Of a stretch of 59,615 nucleotides of DNA, positions 16,910 through 23,790 are shown piece by piece. Position 1 is the first letter of the stretch; each line of letters opens with the position of its first letter. A program made the position numbers and the translations under genes. The DNA comes from Patescibacteria group bacterium. GTDB taxonomy: Bacteria; Patescibacteriota; Minisyncoccia; Phycocordibacterales; JACOZG01. The notes beneath the pieces are model-generated. The model saw nothing but the letters and a program-made list of their open reading frames with translations. It searched no databases and had not been told where the DNA came from. The stretch spans positions 1 to 59,615 of the forward strand of contig JBBUAW010000007.1 in assembly GCA_038058475.1 (NCBI GenBank), given 5' to 3'.

Positions 16910-18714
16910 ATCCGTATAAAAACGATAAATCATTCTTGGAACCGATTGATTTTTCTTCCGTCAATGAAACATCCTTGGCATTTGCAGACTATCTCACCGC
17001 CCACTTTGAAGAAATTGCGGACATCCTGCTTGAATATGAGAGCTTTGAAGTGGTCAAGGATGAGTTTAATCGGACCATTGACCTTTTTAGAAATCTTTAT
17101 GAAAACAAAGACTATTTTATTCTTCGCGTTAATGATATCACAGCTTTTTTACCCAGAAATCAACCGCTCTACGCCTTTTCTTGTTTCGTTGCCGTGCCGT
17201 CTCTGATGGCGCGCGAGGTGCATTTCCGCATTCCGCACAGTATGCGCGGCTTTTTCTCGAAATTACTCCAAACACTTAAAATAAAAGAATTTTTTCCCAA
17301 TATTATTATTTCAAAAAAAGAAAGATTAGAATTCTTAAAAGAGCGGTCGGCGCTTCTCATGGACCCTAAAAATACCAATAGTTTGCCGATAACCGACGCA
17401 GTTGTTTTTACCGGAACTCCCCACCATGCAGAACGTCTTCGTTCAATTTTTGACACCCGAACATTGTTTATTGCCAATGGCGCCGGACATAATCCGGTTA
17501 TAGTCTCGATTGATGCTGATATACAAAAGACCGTAGAAGCGACACTTAAACTCCAATTATACAACCAAGGACAGGATTGTGCCGCGCCCAATGCGATTTT
17601 AGTCTATCAGAATGTTTATCAGCCGTTTTTGCATTCATTGCGTGCCGAATTGGCAAAAGTGAAAATCGGCCCATATCGCGACCGGTCTTGCCGAGTCGGC
17701 CCGATCAGCGATCCTGAAGATCTGAAACGGATTGGGGGGTTTATTGTTGATAATCAAGTTTGGCTTGACCCGAGCACCAAGGGAGTGATTCGGACAGCCG
17801 AAACAATTGTAGAACCGACGATTATTTGCAAACCGCTGAAAGAGGGAGGAAATTATTCGGAAATTTTCGCGCCAATCATTTTTGTCCAGAAATACGAAAA
17901 AGATGCCGATCTGGCTTTATATTTTGAAAATCAGCAATACGCCCGAAATGCTATGTATGTTACTTTGTATGGCGACAGTAAATATATCAGAAATCTTATT
18001 GGAAAAAAAATTGGGGGGAAAATACTGCATCACAAAGAAACTTTTCTTCATAATACTCACTTGCACGCGCCGGGAGTGGAGCGGGGGACGCAGCCCTACG
18101 GGGGTTACGGTTACGGCGCGTCAAGCATCAGCATTAACGGCAAAATTATGCCAAAACCGACTTGTCCCCAGCGAGACATTTATGAACACCTGGTGAAGCC
18201 CTTGATTAAATCGGAAAAAATAAAAGAGTATAAAGATAGATTGTCTCGGTTGACTAAAAAAGTAACCAAGAATATCCCCAAACTGATGGGACTTAAACTG
18301 AATACGCCAGCCGTTCAGAAAGAAATAAATACCGGGAAAAGCTATTTGGATTTTTTGAGCATTAAAAAAATAGGTCGACGGTATGTGGAATTATCGGCCA
18401 AACAAATGTTTCTGCTTCGGGAACACGCGGACTCCGAGTTGATCGCCCGACTGGAAATGGAAGATAAAAAACAGATTCAAATTTTGCGAAAATTTTTAAT
18501 GAATCGCAAAAGGATTGATTTGGGCGAATTTACCACCTTTCTTTATTCAATTTCAAAAAAACCGGGACTTTCGGCGGCGGGAAATCGCCACCGGCAATTG
18601 CATTTTTTCCACAATATTTATCAACTTCTTTTCGGCAAAAAATCGGGGCCGCGGCTAGCCCAATTCCTGCTTGACACCGACCGGCAAAAAATTTGCGAAC
18701 TTTTGGATGTTTAA
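16906..18714 (+). CDS. aldehyde dehydrogenase-superfamily enzyme fused to a class-I aaRS-type C-terminal helical (tRNA-binding-like) domain
   Basis: ALDH landmarks PRNQPL, FTGTP, GQDCAAPN (Cys nucleophile) and EIFAPI. ELGG is replaced by ANGAGHNP. The tail HFFHNIYQLLFGKKSGPRLAQFLLDTDRQKICELL parallels the GltX/LysRS-I C-terminus. Confidence 0.6.
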   Translation: MNPYKNDKSFLEPIDFSSVNETSLAFADYLTAHFEEIADILLEYESFEVVKDEFNRTIDLFRNLYENKDYFILRVNDITAFLPRNQPLYAFSCFVAVPSLMAREVHFRIPHSMRGFFSKLLQTLKIKEFFPNIIISKKERLEFLKERSALLMDPKNTNSLPITDAVVFTGTPHHAERLRSIFDTRTLFIANGAGHNPVIVSIDADIQKTVEATLKLQLYNQGQDCAAPNAILVYQNVYQPFLHSLRAELAKVKIGPYRDRSCRVGPISDPEDLKRIGGFIVDNQVWLDPSTKGVIRTAETIVEPTIICKPLKEGGNYSEIFAPIIFVQKYEKDADLALYFENQQYARNAMYVTLYGDSKYIRNLIGKKIGGKILHHKETFLHNTHLHAPGVERGTQPYGGYGYGASSISINGKIMPKPTCPQRDIYEHLVKPLIKSEKIKEYKDRLSRLTKKVTKNIPKLMGLKLNTPAVQKEINTGKSYLDFLSIKKIGRRYVELSAKQMFLLREHADSELIARLEMEDKKQIQILRKFLMNRKRIDLGEFTTFLYSISKKPGLSAAGNRHRQLHFFHNIYQLLFGKKSGPRLAQFLLDTDRQKICELLDV

Positions 18715-18716
18715 GA
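18615..18716 (+). repeat. direct repeat 'a' (3' end of the ALDH-fusion gene), copy 1
   Basis: About 102 bp, near-identical (2-3 mismatches) to 21073-21174. Confidence 0.9.
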
Positions 18717-18738
18717 TCATTACAAATATATCCATCTT

Positions 18739-19230
18739 TTAATCCTCGCAGACAAAAACCATCTTTAAAGTTTCCGGCAGATTTTTGTTATTTGGATATT
18801 TTATAATCTCAGACTTTTTGAAACCAGACTTTTCGTAAGCCCTGATAGCTCTCGCATTGTTGGGGCGGACCTCCAGATAAATTTTATTAATATCAAGCCC
18901 TTGCGCTTTCTCTAGCATTTTTTTTATAGCGATTGTTCCGTAACCCCTGTCTCGGTATTCTTTTTCTCCTATAATAATTTGTGTCTCATACCAGGCGGAT
19001 TTGCGTTTAACAAATGATATGTGTCCGATGATAGTTTTGCCCACGGTGATAAGAAAATGATAAGCGCTTTTTTCACCAGTAACTATCCGAGAAAAATATT
19101 TTTCTATTTTTTGGTCGGCAATGCGGCGCAGTATACCGCTGGTTAAGGTAAGCAGTTCCTTATCTCTCCACCACTTGGTGAAATATTTTTTGTCACCCGG
19201 GACGATTTTTCGTAATTTTAGTCTGTCCAT
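18739..19230 (-). CDS. GNAT-family N-acetyltransferase (RimJ/RimL-like)
   Basis: Acetyl-CoA motif EYRDRGYGTIAIKKMLEKA and ARAIRAYEKSGFK. Start set at MDRLKLRKI (19230). The track start 19332 would read through a terminator hairpin. Confidence 0.8.
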   Translation of the reverse strand: MDRLKLRKIVPGDKKYFTKWWRDKELLTLTSGILRRIADQKIEKYFSRIVTGEKSAYHFLITVGKTIIGHISFVKRKSAWYETQIIIGEKEYRDRGYGTIAIKKMLEKAQGLDINKIYLEVRPNNARAIRAYEKSGFKKSEIIKYPNNKNLPETLKMVFVCED

Positions 19231-19276
19231 AAATAAAAACGAGGCTAAGAGAAGTATAACACTTTTCTTAGCCTCG
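19231..19276 (-). terminator. rho-independent terminator between the rSAM and GNAT genes
   Basis: Perfect 11-bp stem CGAGGCTAAGA/TCTTAGCCTCG with a 15-nt loop, followed on the minus strand by TTTTTATTT, which abuts the GNAT ATG. Confidence 0.7.
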
Positions 19277-19356
19277 CGTACCACCATCCCAGTGTGTTTT
19301 AGTGGCAGTTGCTGGGTCGTTGACAAGTGCAAAGCACTTTTAGTTTTGGCAACGAC

Positions 19357-20859
19357 CTAACCCTGATAATCGACTGTTGCCCTCGTTTTTTTCGTTTGGG
19401 TATCGTTTTCTGCATAATACTCACCCCCTTCTTTTGCAGTTTGGAGAAATTCTGGCTCTAACACCATCGCTTCCCGCAGTTGTTCTCGAAGAATCTCTTG
19501 AGTCATTCGACGGTAGAAATCACACATCCTTTCGATCTTGGCGGTTTTAGTTGCTCGAGCAAACTCTTGTGTGATATTACAACCGCCGGCGCATTGTCCC
19601 TCGATCATGCATCCTTTGCACATCTCCATTACGCCAGTGAGATGATCTCTCACGAAACAATGATAAGCGGCGCCGGGCGCGTGGAACGATTGGATTTCCG
19701 AAAGATTGCCGAGTTGAGTCGTGCTATAACTACATCCGTAAATATTTCCGGACGGGCCTACGCACATGCTGTTGCCGCGAACTGCGCCGCAAAACGCCAC
19801 GCGACTCTCCAGTGTAAATTCGTTAAGATTTTCAGCCGGTCGAGACCAGAAACCAGGAACATCGACACCTTTTGCTGCCGCATAGCGCCGGATGCTCATC
19901 AGTTTCGTGACAACCCCCTCCACCGGAATTTCTACCATATTGACTACATCAATATCGATTCTGATATTCTTCATGCCACGGGCTATCGCCCAATCGATAA
20001 TTGACTCATCAAGCTGGTGAAAATTATTTTCGGTGACTGTCACCGCAATGCCATCGAGCGGGTATCTCGCCTGAGCCAACGCATCGAATCCACGCATGAT
20101 CTGGAGAAATGTACCGTCTCCGGACTTTGTCAGTCGTACACGATCATTTTCCTCACGCGAGCCATCGAGACTGGAAGCGATCTCAACGCCATACTCTTTG
20201 AGGGTCGCGGCGATCTCCGGCATGATAAGCGAAGCGTTTGTATTGATCGAGAAACGGAATTCGAACTCCGAGCTGTAGGTGGCATGACAATATTCAAGCA
20301 CTTGCTTAATCACGGACCATACTAGCAGTGGTTCGCCTCCACCGAAGTTGATTTCGGCGGTACTCTTTCCGTGCCCGCGAAGAATCTCGAGATACCGACC
20401 CACCGTTTCTTTAGCTGTTTCGAACCGCATAAACTTTTTTGGATTGTTGATACGGTCGGAAGTTTCCAAGTTGTTGAAATGGATGCAGTAGGTGCAACGG
20501 AAGTTGCACGCCTCGCTCATGATGAGTTCAAAATAGTCAATCAGCGAACCGCTGATAATTTCTGCTTCGCGCCCCTTCATCTTCTCCTCAAGAAATGCTC
20601 GATCATCAAAATCCTCGGTAACGAGAAAATAACATCGTAATAATTCCTCAATCGCTTCCCGATCTTCCTCAGTCAGTTCATTGCCGAGTTGTAAACAAAT
20701 CGTTGTTGGTTTCGAAAACAACTCTATAAATTCTAGCGTCTCGGCAGGAATAATTTTTGGGTAACCAAACAACGAGTGCCAAATTACTGCGCAGTCGCTA
20801 TTCCGGACGACTTGCAAGAACGGTGACTTCACATATACGGCATTGAAATTAATTTCCAC
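19357..20859 (-). CDS. radical SAM / SPASM-domain maturase with N-terminal RRE(PqqD)-like domain
   Basis: CNFRCTYC (CxxxCxxC) about 115 aa from the N-terminus. C-terminal auxiliary-cluster Cys motifs CGAVRGNSMCVGPSGNIYGC and CKGCMIEGQCAGGC. GTG start with AAGGA SD. Confidence 0.88.
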   Translation of the reverse strand: MEINFNAVYVKSPFLQVVRNSDCAVIWHSLFGYPKIIPAETLEFIELFSKPTTICLQLGNELTEEDREAIEELLRCYFLVTEDFDDRAFLEEKMKGREAEIISGSLIDYFELIMSEACNFRCTYCIHFNNLETSDRINNPKKFMRFETAKETVGRYLEILRGHGKSTAEINFGGGEPLLVWSVIKQVLEYCHATYSSEFEFRFSINTNASLIMPEIAATLKEYGVEIASSLDGSREENDRVRLTKSGDGTFLQIMRGFDALAQARYPLDGIAVTVTENNFHQLDESIIDWAIARGMKNIRIDIDVVNMVEIPVEGVVTKLMSIRRYAAAKGVDVPGFWSRPAENLNEFTLESRVAFCGAVRGNSMCVGPSGNIYGCSYSTTQLGNLSEIQSFHAPGAAYHCFVRDHLTGVMEMCKGCMIEGQCAGGCNITQEFARATKTAKIERMCDFYRRMTQEILREQLREAMVLEPEFLQTAKEGGEYYAENDTQTKKTRATVDYQG

Positions 20860-20932
20860 GGCAGTTTCCTTTCCATGTAATGTAAAGGTGCTATTACTTG
20901 AACCCCCCGCGAAGTTTCAAGGTTACTAATAC

Positions 20933-21072
20933 CACCTTATACCCACTCGACATTTTGTCAAGACGAAAAAATTTTGCTAGAATCTCAATAATGAACTCTT
21001 TTAAAAACAAAATTAATATACTGGCTTGGGTGACGATTATCGGAGGAACGATTGCCGTGGTGGCGGTATCGT
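20933..21072 (+). repeat. direct repeat 'h' (histidine-kinase promoter and first ~27 codons), diverged copy
   Basis: The first 52 bp are identical to 23651-23702. The coding part is only partly identical to the real kinase 5' end (roughly three-quarters by eye), with many synonymous differences. Confidence 0.9.
20955..20983 (+). promoter_or_regulatory. duplicated promoter TTGTCA-N17-TAGAAT
   Basis: Identical to the kinase promoter; -10 ends 7 nt before ATG 20991. Confidence 0.55.
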
Positions 21073-21116
21073 TATTTATCAACTTCTTCTCGGCAAAGAA
21101 TCGGGGCCGCGGCTAG
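20991..21116 (+). pseudogene. chimeric 41-codon ORF (kinase N-terminal TM fragment fused out of frame to the ALDH-gene 3' end)
   Basis: MNSFKNKINILAWVTIIGGTIAVVAVSLFINFFSAKNRGRG*; junction at 21072/21073 within the microhomology TATTTATCAAC. Confidence 0.6.
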
Positions 21117-21174
21117 CCCAATTCCTGCTTGACACCGACCGGCAAAAAATTTGCGAACTTTTGGATGTTTAGGT
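21073..21174 (+). repeat. direct repeat 'a', copy 2
   Basis: Matches 18615-18716, including the gene's last codons and stop region. Confidence 0.9.
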
Positions 21175-21205
21175 GAATCCAAAAAATTACCAGTAATAGT
21201 GAAAT

Positions 21206-21856
21206 ATGGACGAAATAAAAATTCAGGAAAATCGCGAAAAAGATTCTATAAGAAAATACTGGTTTGGATACCTAGCGCATAATTTTGTAGTTAAAAAACT
21301 GTTTGCGTTATCGTCCAAACGATTACAAAACAGAATAGTGAGTTTGGTCGTCGGTACACCAAGAAGTATTCTCGATACATCGTGCGGAGACGACGACTTA
21401 ATAGTCAGAATTTGTCGAAAATTCGGAGCGAGCATCTGTATTGCCAACGACCTTTCTCCCCAATTAACATCTTTTATCAATGATACCGGAGTAATTTTGA
21501 GACGCACTAATTTTAATATATTATCCCAACCCTTTGTCAATAAATTTGATCTTGTTGTCTGTAAAAATACTCTTCACCATATACCCAAAGACTACCAGGC
21601 CAATCTGATTGGTTATTTATTGAAAATATCGCGTCAACTAATAATCGTTGACATTGAGAACCCAAAAAACAGCAGCATCAGAGCGAGAATCTGGAATTGG
21701 TATTATCGGATCATCCTTGGGGACAAGAGCGATTATTTTTTAGATTTCGAAGAGTTTCAATCAACCCTTTCGTCTGCTGGAAACCAATTTACTTTTGGCA
21801 AATTTCCGACAATGAAAGGAGATTATATGTATGGTGTCACCACTAAAGAAACTTAA
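21206..21856 (+). CDS. class I SAM-dependent methyltransferase
   Basis: Motif I variant ILDTSCGDDDL and post-II DLVVCKNTLHHIP; AT-rich; 3' end overlaps the convergent CYTH gene by 14 nt. Confidence 0.7.
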   Translation: MDEIKIQENREKDSIRKYWFGYLAHNFVVKKLFALSSKRLQNRIVSLVVGTPRSILDTSCGDDDLIVRICRKFGASICIANDLSPQLTSFINDTGVILRRTNFNILSQPFVNKFDLVVCKNTLHHIPKDYQANLIGYLLKISRQLIIVDIENPKNSSIRARIWNWYYRIILGDKSDYFLDFEEFQSTLSSAGNQFTFGKFPTMKGDYMYGVTTKET

Positions 21857-22457
21857 GATCGGACTCCAGTCTCGCGTAATCTTCTCTGGATCCAGAAAAA
21901 ACCCAATCTACTTTTTTCGTCAACCTTTTACATAAGTCATTAAACTGATCTTTACCCATGGGCAACAAATCAAACTCACTTAATATTCTCCCTAACCGCC
22001 CTCGCTCCTGCTCGATTAATTTTTCATCCTCAGTGTTTATCATTTTTTCTATTTCTATGTAAGATATAGGTCCGGCGTTGACTGACGCAATTTCATAATC
22101 ATCTTTTTTTGAAACAAAACGTGTTGTTTGTCGCCGCATAACCTTAGAATCAAAACCCAGTGCGTTGAAGATTTTAACGAAACCTAAAAACTGTTCTAGT
22201 TTGATTTGTTGAATCACTTCCATCCGGTCATGGGTATGAAAGTCGCCTCGTTTTAGAACTACCTCCGAGTATTTTTTTGAATTGGTTCTTACCCTGATGT
22301 CATAATTTATATTATTTATGGTACCGAGAAACAAAACCGAGATTCTGTTTTCAGATGAACTCAATACAAATTGAGAAATAATTTTTTTTTCGACAAGCTC
22401 TCGTTTTTCTTCCGGTATTTCTGACCTCAACTCAATTTCTTTGTTTATTAAACTCAT
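21843..22457 (-). CDS. CYTH-domain protein (triphosphate tunnel metalloenzyme / CyaB-like)
   Basis: N-terminal EIELR (ExExK-type) and C-terminal YIEIE motifs, about 200 aa, AT-rich. Confidence 0.65.
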   Translation of the reverse strand: MSLINKEIELRSEIPEEKRELVEKKIISQFVLSSSENRISVLFLGTINNINYDIRVRTNSKKYSEVVLKRGDFHTHDRMEVIQQIKLEQFLGFVKIFNALGFDSKVMRRQTTRFVSKKDDYEIASVNAGPISYIEIEKMINTEDEKLIEQERGRLGRILSEFDLLPMGKDQFNDLCKRLTKKVDWVFSGSREDYARLESDLKFL

Positions 22458-22463
22458 AGCGCC

Positions 22464-22472
22464 ATACTATCA
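22464..22472 (-). promoter_or_regulatory. extended -10 (TGaTAGTAT) 6 nt upstream of the CYTH ATG
   Basis: Minus strand reads TGATAGTAT-ggcgct-ATG(22457). Confidence 0.45.
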
Positions 22473-22486
22473 CAATTTGAATGTAC

Positions 22487-22515
22487 AAAAAAGAGCGACC
22501 TGCCTTAGGTCGCTC
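22487..22515 (-). terminator. rho-independent terminator after the Tmk-like gene
   Basis: GAGCGACC/GGTCGCTC 8-bp stem, followed on the minus strand by T6. Confidence 0.8.
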
Positions 22516-22535
22516 ATTGAGTGTGATTTTTCGTC

Positions 22536-23084
22536 TTACAAATCGATAGCCTTGACCACGATTTCGGCGCAGGCTTCCGGTGAAAACCTTTGAGTGTCAA
22601 TCATCACGAATGGCAGATTGAACTCTAATGCGTTTTTATAAAACAGAGTTGTGATTTCGCGTTGGATATCAAGCACTCGTCGATCCCCCGCAGACAATCC
22701 CCGATGCATCATTCTCTCTGCTTGAACTTCGTAATTCAGAGAGAGAATTACTGTCAGCGTCGGTGTGACGACAGAAAGAAAATCGTTTGCTGGCACTACG
22801 ACCCCCATTGCTTGGTGATAGGTGTAAGTCGAGAGCCAATACCGATCCGAAACGATTTTACCGCCGTTGGCTAAGATGGACCCAATCTCCTCGGAGGCGT
22901 CATAAATGCCATCCCGGTAAAATTTATAGTGTTCTTCCGGCGGCGAACTCTTGTCCACTCGTTCTCGAATTACGAGATACTTCCTAGGTGGTGTGGCATA
23001 AGCTACAGCTCCCAATTTTTTTGCCAGGATTGGGCAGAGTGTGCTTTTACCACACCCGTCCGCGCCCTCTATGACAATGAACAT
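22536..23084 (-). CDS. thymidylate kinase-family nucleotide kinase (divergent)
   Basis: P-loop IVIEGADGCGKST and DRYWLSTYTYHQ (the DRY..S..AYQ motif of Tmk). The region after the P-loop is atypical (AYATPPRKY). Confidence 0.7.
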   Translation of the reverse strand: MFIVIEGADGCGKSTLCPILAKKLGAVAYATPPRKYLVIRERVDKSSPPEEHYKFYRDGIYDASEEIGSILANGGKIVSDRYWLSTYTYHQAMGVVVPANDFLSVVTPTLTVILSLNYEVQAERMMHRGLSAGDRRVLDIQREITTLFYKNALEFNLPFVMIDTQRFSPEACAEIVVKAIDL

Positions 23085-23087
23085 GTT

Positions 23088-23567
23088 TTACCTCCTTTCC
23101 CATTGAACGTTCAAAAGTAACAATCTTTTTCTTTTGTCGCCGATAGTTACTTCTACAATATCACCGATTGTGATGCCTAACACAGCTTGGCCAAGCGGTG
23201 CCATATAGGATACACTAGTCCCGGTATTATCGAAGATCATAGCACTACCGACACGAAAACTCTTTTCCTCGCCCGTATCCAGGTATTTGACTGTAACAAG
23301 ACAACCAATTCTCACCTTACCATCTGTTGGTAATGGGGTATATTCAACGAGTGAAGCCTCCCTCCTAACCAACAGGAGTTGTCGTAAATGATTTGACCAC
23401 ATTGCTGCTGCTCTTTGACCTTCCTCATAGCCTGGATTGTCATGTGAAGTTTCTGCTCCCTGTTGGCAACTCTCTCCGATTTCCCGCAAGGCCTTCTCGA
23501 TCTCCTTCTTTGTTTCTTTAATCTTACGATCGAGCGTTTCCAGATCCTCCTTCAAGAAATATCCCAT
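23088..23567 (-). CDS. GreA/GreB-family (Gre/Rnk-like) factor
   Basis: N-terminal coiled coil with tip ETSHDNPGYEEG (compare GDLSENAEY) and a C-terminal Gre FKBP-like domain (RIGCLVTV..L.TGEE..F.V). GGAG SD. Confidence 0.7.
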   Translation of the reverse strand: MGYFLKEDLETLDRKIKETKKEIEKALREIGESCQQGAETSHDNPGYEEGQRAAAMWSNHLRQLLLVRREASLVEYTPLPTDGKVRIGCLVTVKYLDTGEEKSFRVGSAMIFDNTGTSVSYMAPLGQAVLGITIGDIVEVTIGDKRKRLLLLNVQWERR

Positions 23568-23650
23568 ATTTTAAATCTCCTAGGGTCGTTAGACCGATTT
23601 TCTACTCAAGCCGGCCACTGATTTTCAAGGTACCAACCTTTCACTCCATA

Positions 23651-23790
23651 CACCTTATACCCACTCGACATTTTGTCAAGACGAAAAAATTTTGCTAGAA
23701 TCCCAATAATGAACCCTCGTAAAAACAAAATAAATGTCTTGGCCTGGATAATTATTATTGGCGGGACAATCGCTGTGGTGGTGGTATCAT
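23651..23790 (+). repeat. direct repeat 'h', resident copy (bidirectional promoter and kinase 5' end)
   Basis: See 20933-21072. The upstream ACCTTGAAA (-35 of the leftward promoter) is also shared by both copies. Confidence 0.9.
23673..23701 (+). promoter_or_regulatory. kinase promoter TTGTCA-N17-TAGAAT (TGc-extended), 7 nt before the ATG
   Basis: -35 at 23673-23678, -10 at 23696-23701, ATG at 23709. Confidence 0.6.

Noticed and set aside
20894-21082. 62-aa minus-strand ORF (and its 19-aa tail MSSGYKVVLVTLKLRGGFK) as the rSAM precursor peptide
   Set aside because: It is antisense to the duplicated kinase promoter and 5' fragment. It has no Cys or other typical core motif and no SD. The equivalent antisense frame at the resident copy diverges after 7 codons, so the ORF is probably fortuitous.
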